Positions 48,267 through 60,119 of a stretch of 64,000 bases of DNA are shown here, piece after piece. The DNA lies in the NCBI RefSeq assembly GCF_006345805.1, contig NC_043000.1, positions 73,098,001 through 73,162,000 on the forward strand. Direction: 5' to 3'. The first letter of the stretch is position 1. Every line of letters begins with the position of its first letter. This DNA is from Octopus sinensis (taxonomy: Eukaryota). A model generated the notes under the pieces. It was not told the DNA's origin. It saw only the letters and a program-made list of their open reading frames with translations, and searched no databases. Position numbers and translations under genes: made by a program.

Positions 48267-50739
48267 TTCTTAAACCTACACGATATAGTCTATAAATTTG
48301 GGATGTTTTTGAAAGATAATATATTTTGTCATCAGAATATATATACTTTCTCACACTACAATTGAGATATATTTATTTTAAATCGTTCATCTTTTCCCTC
48401 GACAACAAAAATTGGGCGCGAAAATTTTTCTAAATATTAGCGGAATGAACAACTGAGATAAAGAGGGGGCAAAGAGAGATCAGAAAAAAAAATTAGAACC
48501 TCACACCACCACCGCCGCCGCGTAATTCAAAGTTGTTCATTTTGATATGGCTCAAGAGGCATTATGGACTTTTAAATGGAGATTGAGAAAAATTGTTTCA
48601 ATTAGAAAAGCAACATTTCTAGAAAATAGTAAATTGAAGTGTGAACACAGCACCTTACAGAGTATAAGTATATGACATTTATTTTTAAAATTTAACTTCA
48701 TTTGTTTTATATTCTAAATAATTTGCAATTTCAAAAAATATATTAATTTTGCGTTTTTTAATTTGATAAATTCTACGGAATAATTTTGCGCGTTTTTTGA
48801 TAAATTCTACGGAAAGAATTTAGTGCGAAAAATTTATACATCTATACACAAAGACCTGTTGAGGCAAGCGAAGTTGATATCGAACCTCATCCCACGACAG
48901 GCACCCACGCCAACCCCCTTTGCTTGCGAAGACATGTTGGGGCAAGTGTGGCACCCGGCAAATGCCAGGACCCCTGGACTGGTGGTACGTAAAAAGCACT
49001 ATCCGAATCGTGGCCGATGCCAGAGCCGCCTCGACTGGCACCAATCCGACCGTGGCCGTTGCCAGCCTCTCCTGGCACCTGTGCGGGTGGCATGTAAAAA
49101 GCACCCACTACACTCTCGGAGTGGTTGGCGTTAGGAAGGGCATCCAGCTGTAGAAACATTGCCAGATAAGACTGGAGTCTGGTGCAGCCTTCTGGCTTCC
49201 CAGATCCCCGGTCGAACCGTCCAACCCATGCTGGCATGGAGAACGGACGTTAAACGATGATGATGATGAGAAGAAATTAATTCATTAAGTTTACCAAATT
49301 ATATACGTCTGTAAAAAAAAAAAAAGTTTCACAAATTATATACGTTCGCGTTTGTGTAAAAAAAATTATTAACCAAGTTTTATAAATTATTTACTTTGTT
49401 CAAAAATATTATTAATATTAATTAATTTTCAAGAATTATTTAATTTATATAATTAATTCATTAATTTTATTCTGTAAAATAGTAATTAATTCATTTATCT
49501 GTAAATCCGCGAGGAAAGCGACTATGTAATTTTTTTGTGTAAAATTGAAAATGTTATATATACACACACACACATATATATTTTTAGTGAAATCCAACAC
49601 CTTTTTTTTTTGGGGGGGGGGGGGGGTTAACGCGCATGCGCGAATTCTGCACTGCGCATGCGCAAGTCACCTCGTAGGATCTCGAGTATCGAGTACCTAC
49701 GCCTGGTGCGCGCGCGCGCGCGAATTCGCGTGTGAGAAACCGGGACCACGACAATAGACAAGTACCCCGAGTTTTTCTCTCATAACTTTCAGGAAAATGG
49801 GTCTTTTTTTAAATAAAATTTCTTATAAATACCGTTCTAACGGCATACATTACGATTATAACGAAATTTGTGGGTAAAAATCTTCTCCGAAGGGGTGGGG
49901 AGAGTACTTAGGAAAATTCAGAAGATCCGATTTTTTCCCTCATAACTTTAAGGAAAATGGATATCTTATAATGAAATTGTGTATAAACACCTTTCAAACG
50001 ACATGCATTACGGATGTCTAATGTGCCGTAAACCCCTTATTTTTGTTCGGAAAAGTGGGGGAGGACCCCCAAAAATGCGTTTTTGAAGGTGAGATGCGAA
50101 ACTTTATTAGCCATCTTTCTTTACCCATATTTTAAGCTAACAGTTAGCAGAAATACGTTTTCTAGAGTGTGGATTACATTGAATTGAAAATTCAAACAAG
50201 TTTGAAAAGAATAATAAGTGAAAATGCTGAAGTTATGAAAATTAGTGGTAACGAAGTCTGAACAGGAAAGAGAAAGAATGATACAAAATCCTTACAAAAA
50301 CCACGTTAGTGTTTGTGTGTGAAACAAGTAAAATACTATTAAAACAAAATATCTTTTACATACCCCTTAAAAATCGCTGAATATATTAATCCCAGATTGT
50401 GGCATATTAGGTCACTGTAGTTCAGTCATTAAAAGATATCCATTTTCCTTAAAGTTACGAGGGAAAAAATTGGATCTTGTGACTTTTACAAAATCCTCTC
50501 CCCACACATTCAGAAAAGATTTTACCCACAAATTTCGTTATAATTATAATGTATGCTGTTTGAAAGGAATTTATATGAAATTTCATTAAAAAAAAAAACC
50601 TAATTTCCTAAAAGTTATGAGGGAAAAACTTGGATCTTGTGAATTTTCCAAATTCTCCCCACCATTGCTTTCTGTGCATTTTCGTTTTCATATTCGTTTT
50701 TTTACACCTTGTTTTACACCCGTTGCACTATTTTCCAGG
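46749..50739. mobile_element. Outer long-TIR non-autonomous element (~1.1 kb without its insert), probable TA TSD
   Basis: Left end cccggaaa..atagtgcaacgggtg..aaaattcacaagatccgagttt continues after the insert as ttctctcataact; 50420-50739 is its reverse complement, ending gttgcactattttccagg|ta. Confidence 0.75.
46891..49766. mobile_element. 2876-bp foldback element with ~1.29-kb TIRs, a 286-bp spacer and an 8-bp TSD
   Basis: Arms 46891-48177 and 48464-49766 are near-identical reverse complements; termini GGTACTTGTC...GACAAGTACC; TSD ccgagttt at 46883-46890 and 49767-49774. Confidence 0.93.
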
Positions 50740-50959
50740 TAATAATTAATTATTACAATGGAAGTTGTAAAAATTTCTGGAGTTTTGATAAGTTTAAACT
50801 AATAAAATCATGTGAAAAATTGGAACAGGCAATATAAAAAGGAAAAATCCTCAATGAGTTTATTTTTTGCGAAAAATTACAACCCCATCTCCCCCAAACT
50901 GTACATTATACTACTATAGTTCAGTTCGTGTAAACAGTGAAAATGAAAGTTTGAAATAG

Positions 50960-51035
50960 GCTAGGGTTAGAATTAAGGTTTAAAGCTTAGGGTTCGAGTT
51001 AGGGTTGAGGTTTAGGGTTAGAATTAGGGTTTAGC
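50960..51035 (+). repeat. Degenerate TTAGGG-like tract (interstitial)
   Basis: ctagggttag..ttagggttcg.gttagggttgaggtttagggttagaattagggttt. Confidence 0.65.
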
Positions 51036-53239
51036 GTCAGTTTGACTAGTGGATGACCTGTGGTTAATCAATTAGTAGCATATTTTTAGTGAAAATTTTT
51101 CTAAAATAGCATGCGTGTAAAACTACATTAATATATCAAATTAGAAAATTTACACTTGATTTTAAAATTTCAAAAACTGTGACAGCAACAGAAAGGACTC
51201 ATTTATCTGTCTGATAAAAAAAAAATGCTAGACTAACTAACATTCAAACAGGTATGTAAACAATTTGGAAAGAAAAAATCCTCAATGAAATTTTTTTGGA
51301 AAATATTGCCAAAAAGCAAATTGTATGTTATAATGTAGTAATAGTTCAGTTCATGTAGACAATACATTTATTTCGCAAAAATTCAAAAACAAAAGTTCAG
51401 AATATAGCTCCGTAATGGCTTTAAGCAGACAATAGCTTGGTTTGTACTATAAAAAGAGGCACTAATGCATCTGGGATTTGTGATTGGCTAAAATTACTCA
51501 AAATTTGCAAAGTTTAAAAGCTATTAACTTAAATTTATGGCAAAAATGAATTTCATTTCCATAATCAGCATACAAAACTACTATGCACCAAATTTGAAAT
51601 CAGTTGGAACAAAATTAAAGGAACTGAAAAGTGAAAGCTAAACAAAAGAGCAGTGTCTTCATTAATACCCAGCAAGTTAGTTGCATGATAGTAATGCTTA
51701 TGCAACATTTCTCATGGGATAAGATCTGTGGTCTTTCTAAAATTTTGAAGCTCTAGATTTCCAAATATTGTAGCATCATCTGTCAGATGATATATGAAGT
51801 AAGCACACTGACATCTCCCACAGGAATCTTTCATTTTATGTATCAAAACAGTGAAATATTTCTCTTCATATAGATAGATATTAGTATGTATTGTATAAAC
51901 AATGCACTTAATGAAATGTCAAATTGAACAGTTTCTAATGACTTCTGTATTTAAATATTAAAAATTTGTTGATTGATCTCTAGCCTGACCTTTTGTTGTG
52001 AGACCAATTTCCGTTATGTCATATTGAAGTCAACTAGCCTTTTATAGGCTCAGCACGTTAATCTATAATGGTTGATTGTCTTACCTATCATGTGAGTTGG
52101 GAACATTGGTTGAATCCTGTGCTTTGATTGGTCAAGTATTGCGTGGGATATAGATCAAAGGTCCAATCACATTGCATGTAATACATATCTGAATGTACAT
52201 ATGTTGCGTGTAATACATATCTGAATGTACACACATTGCGTGTAATACTAATCTGAATCTACACTGGATCCTACTCTCTGTTTATATATAGATCTAACAA
52301 ATTATCTACGAGCAAAAGGGGTGAGCGATTTTCATGAAGCCAAGTCATGTTATTAGTATAATGGAGCACATATAACCATTACCGGCCAGAGCTGGATTTT
52401 CCAAACGATAGATGAACTATACAACCACCAGAATTCGTGATGCTCTATTTGGTCTACTGTACTATTTAATGGAGGAATAAAGTCTTGCTGTTATTTTTAA
52501 AGTTTGTTTCTTGTCTTATTTCAACGAGTGAACATGCAACATATGTTACATGGTTCCATAGTAAAACCAAGGGAGATTTGATACTATCACCATTAAAAGT
52601 TGTTCTGTTTTTGTGTTAAATTCATATGCGTAAATGGAATAAAAATACACATCTCAATGCAGGTGAATGATCTGAAATTACCCTAAAAAATGCTTATCTT
52701 CTGCATAGCACTAGGTGAAGTTCTAAGTTTAAGTGATGTCAAAACTATAGTCATATTGCATTTCAGCGCAAACTCTATCATATACCCTGAGGTTTGATGA
52801 TCCCTCACTTAGAATATACTTTAAAAAGAAATATCTAATTCTTGAATCCTCAGTTCATTTCACCCACCTGTTTCAGTTAAACCTTGAACAAAGATGCGTA
52901 GGAATGTCTACCTTTGATGAACATATACTGCAATGGAATCAACTAAATGTACCTAAGTGCTACATCAAAAGACAGAAAAAGCATCAGATTAGAATTCAAT
53001 GAGAATAAACTTTTATCATTTACTTATTTCAGTCATTATGCTGGGGCACCACCTTGAAGAATTTTTTTAGTTGAATAGAGCAACCTCATTTTGGGGTTGC
53101 TTCATTCAACAAAAACAATTCTTTTATTTTTTAAAGTCTGATCTCTTTTTCTGAACCACTAAGTTACAGGGATGTAAACATACCAGCATCGGTTGTCAAG
53201 TGGTGGTGGGGAACATACAAAGACACACACACATACATA

Positions 53240-53288
<49 letters not shown>

Positions 53289-53399
53289 TTTATGAAGTGA
53301 TGTACAGATATTGTATATTTAGAATAATAAGGTAGTCAGAATGTTGGAATATATATATATATATTTTGTAAGAAGTTTTTGAGTTCATCAAGTCTAATT

Positions 53400-54400
53400 T
53401 GGCAAATTTGTGGGTCAGTTACTATGGTGCAGATGTATCTTGCTATACTGTATGAAATGTTTCTTTTGATGTGTGAGGGGTGGCAAGATTAGAAAATTAA
53501 ATATGTGTGCGTGTCTGTTTTTTATTTGTAAAATATATCTGTTGTGACAGTGGAGTTGTGTATTTTGTTGTGAATGTCTAGGAATGGTAGTTCATTGTAG
53601 CTGATTTCTGTTGTGAATTTGATAGATGGGTGCAGTGTGTTGATGGTGAAGTGTTCGTAGGTCTTCTTTAGGTCTATCCTCCAAAATGAAGCAGTCGAGA
53701 TAGTGTTTCCACTTCTTCACCATGTTTTCCTTGAAGTTGTGATCAAAGGTTTTTCCTACTTTCCTCATAAAGTCTACCTTCTAGGTAACTTGTGCCTATG
53801 TTGGCATATGAGAGTGCAAATTTTGTACCCTTAACTTGTCGGTATATCTTATCAAATCTGAAGGTGTTTTCTTCTAGTACTAGACGAGTGGCTTTGGTAA
53901 TGAAGTCTGTTTAGAAATGGTCATCTATACATTTTCTGTGTTTCTTTACAACAATAACTACAAATACATAGACGGGGACACACACATAAAATTTAAGAGT
54001 GGATTCCTATTCAAAGTAAATGAAAATATGAACTGCAAGGAGAATTATATTGGCAAAACCAATAGTTCCCTTTGCCAATGTGCAAAAATCCACAGACAGC
54101 ACATCTGACAAGAGGAGCTAAAGAAAATTCCACTGAGTAAACATTTGGAAATATGTAGAGAAGGAAAATTCAAAATCTTCCCCTTCTACAAATGCTCAAA
54201 GTACAACTCAAACTTCTGAAAAACAATGGAACTACACTTCATAAAGGAGTTCTCACCAAAATTAAATGCTTGAAAAAAGGAAACAATTGGAAATATGTGA
54301 AGGAAAATTCAAAGTTCCAAAAGATAACCAAACTATATTTGACAAAAAAAAGTCCTCAACAAAAATTAACATAACTATATATTTTTTTGAAATTCCACCT
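53400..54400. mobile_element. Penelope-like element fragments: RT C-terminus on minus (~53400-53900), GIY-YIG on plus (~53917-54400)
   Basis: Minus strand TDIFYK.KTDTHTYL..SCHPSHIKRNISYSIAR; plus strand NCKENYIGKTNSSLCQCAKIHRQHI. Confidence 0.75.
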
Positions 54401-54883
54401 ATGAGAATTCTATATGAATTTGATTGTATATATATGAAAGATGATCTCAAACCATTGCTAAAACCTTTTTGCCACATTGTTGATGGACCTTGCAAAACAC
54501 TCCAGATTCCAAAATTCTATAAGAATAGCTGCTTTCCCTCTTCTGTACTTGGCTCTCTTTCTCCTTTAGAAAATTCTAGGTTGGAGCTTTAAAATATATT
54601 CAAAACAAAGCAGTCAACCAGAAACAGATGAATTTGGAAATATAATTGTGACAGCATTGTGTACTGCTTTATTAAAATTCCACTTTTGCAGTCTGAAGGA
54701 CAAATACTTGGACAAAAATCAAGAGTAGTGGCTAAAATGACCAAAACTTTCCAAGTTTATTTAACCAGAGAGATGAATCTTGAATTAAATTAATTATTTT
54801 TGTTTTGTTATCTTATAATTGTTATGTGTACTTATGTATGTGTGGTATGTGTTTGTGTGCACAAATATGAACATGTACATATA

Positions 54884-55035
54884 TAGATGTCTTTGAGTAT
54901 ATATATATATATGTGTGTGTGTGTATGTATATGTATATGTATGTATGTATGTATATGTATATGTATGTATGTATATATATATGTATGTATATATGTATGT
55001 ATATATGTATGTATATATATATGTATATATGTATG

Positions 55036-55096
<61 letters not shown>

Positions 55097-55171
55097 GTAT
55101 ATATATGTATGTATATATATGTATATATATATATGTATATATATGTATGTATATATATATATATATGTATG

Positions 55172-55204
<33 letters not shown>

Positions 55205-55415
55205 GTATATATATATATGTATGTATATATATGTATATATAATATGTATGTATATAATGTATATATATATGTATATAATGTATGTATATATGTATATATA
55301 TATATGTATATAATGTATGTATATATAGATATGTATGTATATATATGTATATATATATGTATATATATATATGTATGTATATATATAGTATATATATATG
55401 TATATATATATGTAT

Positions 55416-55455
<40 letters not shown>

Positions 55456-56120
55456 GTATATATATGTATGTATATATATGTATATTATATGTATATATAT
55501 ATATGTATGTATATATGTATGTATATATATGTATATATATATGTATATATATGTATGTATATATATATGTATGTATATATATATATGTATGTATATATGT
55601 ATGTATATATATATGTATGTATATATGTATGTATATATATATGTATGTATATATATATGTATGTATATATATATGTATGTATATATATGTATATATGTAT
55701 GTATATATGTATGTATATGTATGTATGTATATATATGTATGTATATGTATGTATGTATATGTATGTATATATATGTATATATTTGTATGTATATATTTGT
55801 ATGTATATATATGTATATATATATGTATGTATATATATGTATATATATGTATGTATATATATGTGTATATATATGTATGTATATATATGTGTATATATAT
55901 ATGTATGTATATATATGTTATATATATGTATGTATATATAGTATGTATATATATATATATATGTATGTGTATATATATGTATGTATATATATGTGTATAT
56001 AGATGTATATATATGTATATATATTGTATGTATATATATGTATGTGTATATATATGTATGTATCTATATGTATGTATAATATGTTGTATATATATATGTA
56101 TATTATATGTATATATATTG

Positions 56121-56159
<39 letters not shown>

Positions 56160-56221
56160 GTATATATGTATGTAATATATGTATATATAATGTATGTATA
56201 TATATGTATATATATATGTAG

Positions 56222-56270
<49 letters not shown>

Positions 56271-56390
56271 GTATATATATGTATATATATATGTATGTAT
56301 ATATGTATGTATATATATATATCTGTATTCATATATATATATATATATGTACGTGTATGCATATATATATATATATATATATATATAATT
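54884..56390. repeat. ~1.5-kb compound (TA)n/(TATG)n microsatellite
   Basis: Direct reading; source of the Y/I/M/V-rich pseudo-ORFs. Confidence 0.97.
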
Positions 56391-58179
56391 GCTGTGTGAG
56401 TGTATAGTGAACTAAAAAAATTACTCTTTCGAAAACATCAAGAATTTCTATTAAAAAAGTTGACCACATTCATACAGCTATTCTCTAATGAATACAAAAG
56501 AACAAGACCTGGAAATGCAGTTAGAATTTTTCTGAAGAAAGTCAAAAATGACAAATGCTTTTTCAATTATATATATTTATTACGTTCGCTATTTTCCAGT
56601 AAATACCGGTGCTTCGTTGTACCATTTATTTACTTTTATGTATAAGTTTACCCTCACGGGCTAACCTTTACTGGAGAGCAATACTCTCGTATTGCATTAC
56701 TATTTTCATTGAAACTTCTTCACTGTTCTCGTTCTGTCAACGTTTTGGCGTTCAAACGAGTGTACTGGCATAGTTGTGGCAACATTTGAAATGTTGTTGA
56801 GGTTTATGCAGCTGATGAGGATAAATCAAATATACGTTTGGCAGGCGTATTTTGAAAAATCTGAAACCGGTACTGCATTATCCGTTATCTAAGTTTTTCA
56901 TTTTTCAGATGTTCTTCCTAGAGGTAAGACAATTTTTTTCATGTTTGTTGCACACACGCATCTTTACTAGTACATACGCAGTGAAGCTATACATTAGCGT
57001 CGTATTTATTACGTTCGCTATTTTCCAGTAAATACCGATGCTTCGTTGTACCATTTATTTACTTTTATATCTCTATATATAAAACTGAAATGCGTTTTTA
57101 TCGCTTGGATCGCTTTCAATGCCACTATGTCCTGTCCGATTCGCTCCAAAATTTACAGGGACATGTAGAATGAGGTGACGATGCCCATGGGCTACCTTAG
57201 AATTCGCTATCTTAAAAGGTGTGGTTGCTAGGGGCCATCTTCCTCACTCATGCTATTTCCTATATTCCCCCCTAACTCCCCTTTATATATAACTTTGACA
57301 ATTCCACTCCCGTTATTTAATGTAAGAACATTTTCACTCACTCTATCTCTTTGCTTCCCATAACTTTTACTCATGTATCTGTCTGCATTCATACAGAGAA
57401 ACAAATATTCCATCGCCATCGCTTTCTATTGTCTACCTGTCAATGCGCCCATCGACCAAATACAAACAGAACACACCAACGAGCATTTATATATATGTGT
57501 GTGTGTGTGTGTTCTATATATAAATATGTATATATAATGTATATATACAAAGTGTATATATCTGTATTTATGTAAATTAAACTTTTTAATACTTTTTGAT
57601 AGTTACGTAAAAGGAACTGGTTGCTTCTTTACACTTTTTGGGTGCAACTTGGGTGCGAGACAGATAATTTTCTCTGTTAATTACGTGATCAACAGGGGGA
57701 AATTATGCCTAAACATGAGCGCAGCGCATGTGAACATCTGACGTGCTTTGAGTCGGGAGAAGAAGTGAGCTGACACAGACGTGTTGCAAAACAAGGGAGT
57801 ACACGTGCAGAACAGAGGTGCATGAGTGCAATAGGGCTTGCTAGGCTGAAATACAGTGTACAGTATTGAATATCCCAGTGATTAATGCAGTAAGGCTGAG
57901 GCTGCCAGCCAGTGCTTGAGCTATTATATGCCTCGGTCGTGCAGGAACAAAAGTGTGGCATGCTGGCGCGTTGTAAGGGACAAACAACTTTCTCTATGTA
58001 TGCGTGACCGACCTAGGGTCTTACAGAGATGAGTTGTGTTTACAAGGGCACATTGAGCATGGAAAACAAGCGAGAAAGGCATGTGTGGCGTATGAATGTG
58101 ACAGAGATAGCATTTGTGTGTGTATTAACTATGTGTGTTCATGTGTGCGACAAAAGTACAAACAAGGTGTATGCGGGCA

Positions 58180-58812
58180 ATGGGCTTAAAAATCGTTTTT
58201 GATGACGATCTGACGAAGGCCAACTTTTTAGATATTACGCTTAATTTACACAGTGACTCTTACTTCCCATATCATAAACCGTTGACCAATCTTAAGTACA
58301 TTAGCAAATTTAGTAATCATCCTGGAGCAATTACTAAGAATTTAGTTAAGAATATTTCATTTAGATTATCTAAATTATCTGCTATGTTGATATTTTCAAT
58401 AATAACGCTGAATTCTATAACTCTGCCTTAATCAAGCAGGTTATACAGATAAAATTTTCTACATTGATTCTGCTCAGTCTAATTGTAAATTCAATAATGT
58501 AGATAGATTTCTAGTCGTAAAGAATATTGATAACAAACATAACTTACGCACCGATACAAAGCGAATGAAGGCAGATAACCCTTATTTATTCCACTATTAC
58601 CGATCTAAAAGTAAATATAACACCTCAAAAGTAATTACGCTATGAATACTAGTAAAAATATTTGGTTAATAATTCCTTACGGAGACAAATTAAATCTAAT
58701 CTCCCACTGCTGTTTCGTCAAGCTATTGCTAGGAATTTTCCAAATAATTCTAGATATTACTCTATAATTAATTCACATAAGGTTAGGATAGGTTTTTCAA
58801 ACACAAAAAATC
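58180..58812 (+). mobile_element. Penelope-like RT C-terminal fragment, cut by an assembly gap
   Basis: KANFLDITLNL..YFPYHKP..YISKFSNHP..RLSKLS; same family as 61812-64000. Confidence 0.75.
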
Positions 58813-58912
58813 NNNNNNNNNNNNNNNNNNNNNNNNNNNNNNNNNNNNNNNNNNNNNNNNNNNNNNNNNNNNNNNNNNNNNNNNNNNNNNNNNNNNNNNN
58901 NNNNNNNNNNNN
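58813..58912. other. Assembly gap (100 N)
   Basis: Run of n; the exact length of 100 suggests a placeholder gap of unknown size. Confidence 0.98.
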
Positions 58913-59233
58913 ATATCTATTCATATATTAATACATATATATATATATAGTTAATCCAAAATGAAAGCACAAAAAAAACCTGAGGACGTGGAACAATATA
59001 GTATTATTGGACGCTCAGAAAGAAGGACGGTTTAATGTTTCGAGCGGAGCCTTCCGTCGGAAACATAGGAAAAGGAAGATCCAGAGAAGGGAATACAGGG
59101 TAAAATCCCCAACGGTACACCACGCGGTCACATTGTTGGAATGTGAATATATTAGATATATATATTAATATATATATATATAATACAGATAATAAATACA
59201 TATATATGTAAATAAATACATATATATATAAAT

Positions 59234-59266
<33 letters not shown>

Positions 59267-59832
59267 CAATACACACACACACACACACCCACATAGATAT
59301 TATATAATACATACATATATATATATATACATATAAATACATATATATATATATACATATACTTATATATATGTATATATACGTACATATATGTATATAT
59401 ACGTACATATATATATATATATATATATACTTATATATATGTATATATACGTACATATATTCATATATATATACATACATATATATATATATACACATAC
59501 ATATATTTATATATGAATATATATATATGTGTTTGTGTGTGTGTGTATATATATATATATACACACATACATATATTTATAATATATATATATATATATA
59601 TAATAAATATTAGGGAATAAATCCAAATTTACAGGGAAAAAAATCAGATTTAGGATTAAATCCAATTTTATAGTAAAATATTATAAAATATTATATTAGA
59701 GCAAAACCACTATTTTGCAAAACAAACAAGGAAGACTTAATCAATACATAAAATTGTCATAAATAGTCTTTATGTATTGATTAAGTCTTTCCTTTTTGTT
59801 TTGCAAAATAGTGGTTTGTCTCTAATAATATT

Positions 59833-59869
<37 letters not shown>

Positions 59870-60000
59870 CATATATTTATATATATATATATATATATAC
59901 ACATACATATATTTATATATATATATATTATATATATATATATATATATACAATATACAATATATATATATAAATATATATATTTATATATATATATACT

Positions 60001-60069
<69 letters not shown>

Positions 60070-60119
60070 ATACATACATACATGCATAACTTAGAATAAC
60101 TTTAAAAGATTTTTGCCAG

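Noticed and set aside
46891-49766. Palindrome as a sequencing or assembly hairpin artefact
   Set aside because: An exact 8-bp TSD, a unique spacer, small arm differences and resumption of the host element after the insert all argue for a real insertion; read-level confirmation is still advisable.
50960-51035. Telomere or chromosome-fusion site
   Set aside because: The tract is short and highly degenerate; similar motifs occur inside MITEs here, so it is better explained as a transposon-internal repeat.
54570-54728. Plus-strand exon after a strong polypyrimidine acceptor (KILGWSFKIYSKQSSQPETDEFG...)
   Set aside because: About 52 codons to a stop, only weak donors and no homology recognised; left uncalled pending RNA data.
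54794-56399. Long Y/I/H/T or Y/M/V/C-rich ORFs (up to 522 aa), and similar ones at 2.5-3.0, 27.2-27.7 and 59-60 kb
   Set aside because: These are translations of (TA)n/(TATG)n microsatellites.
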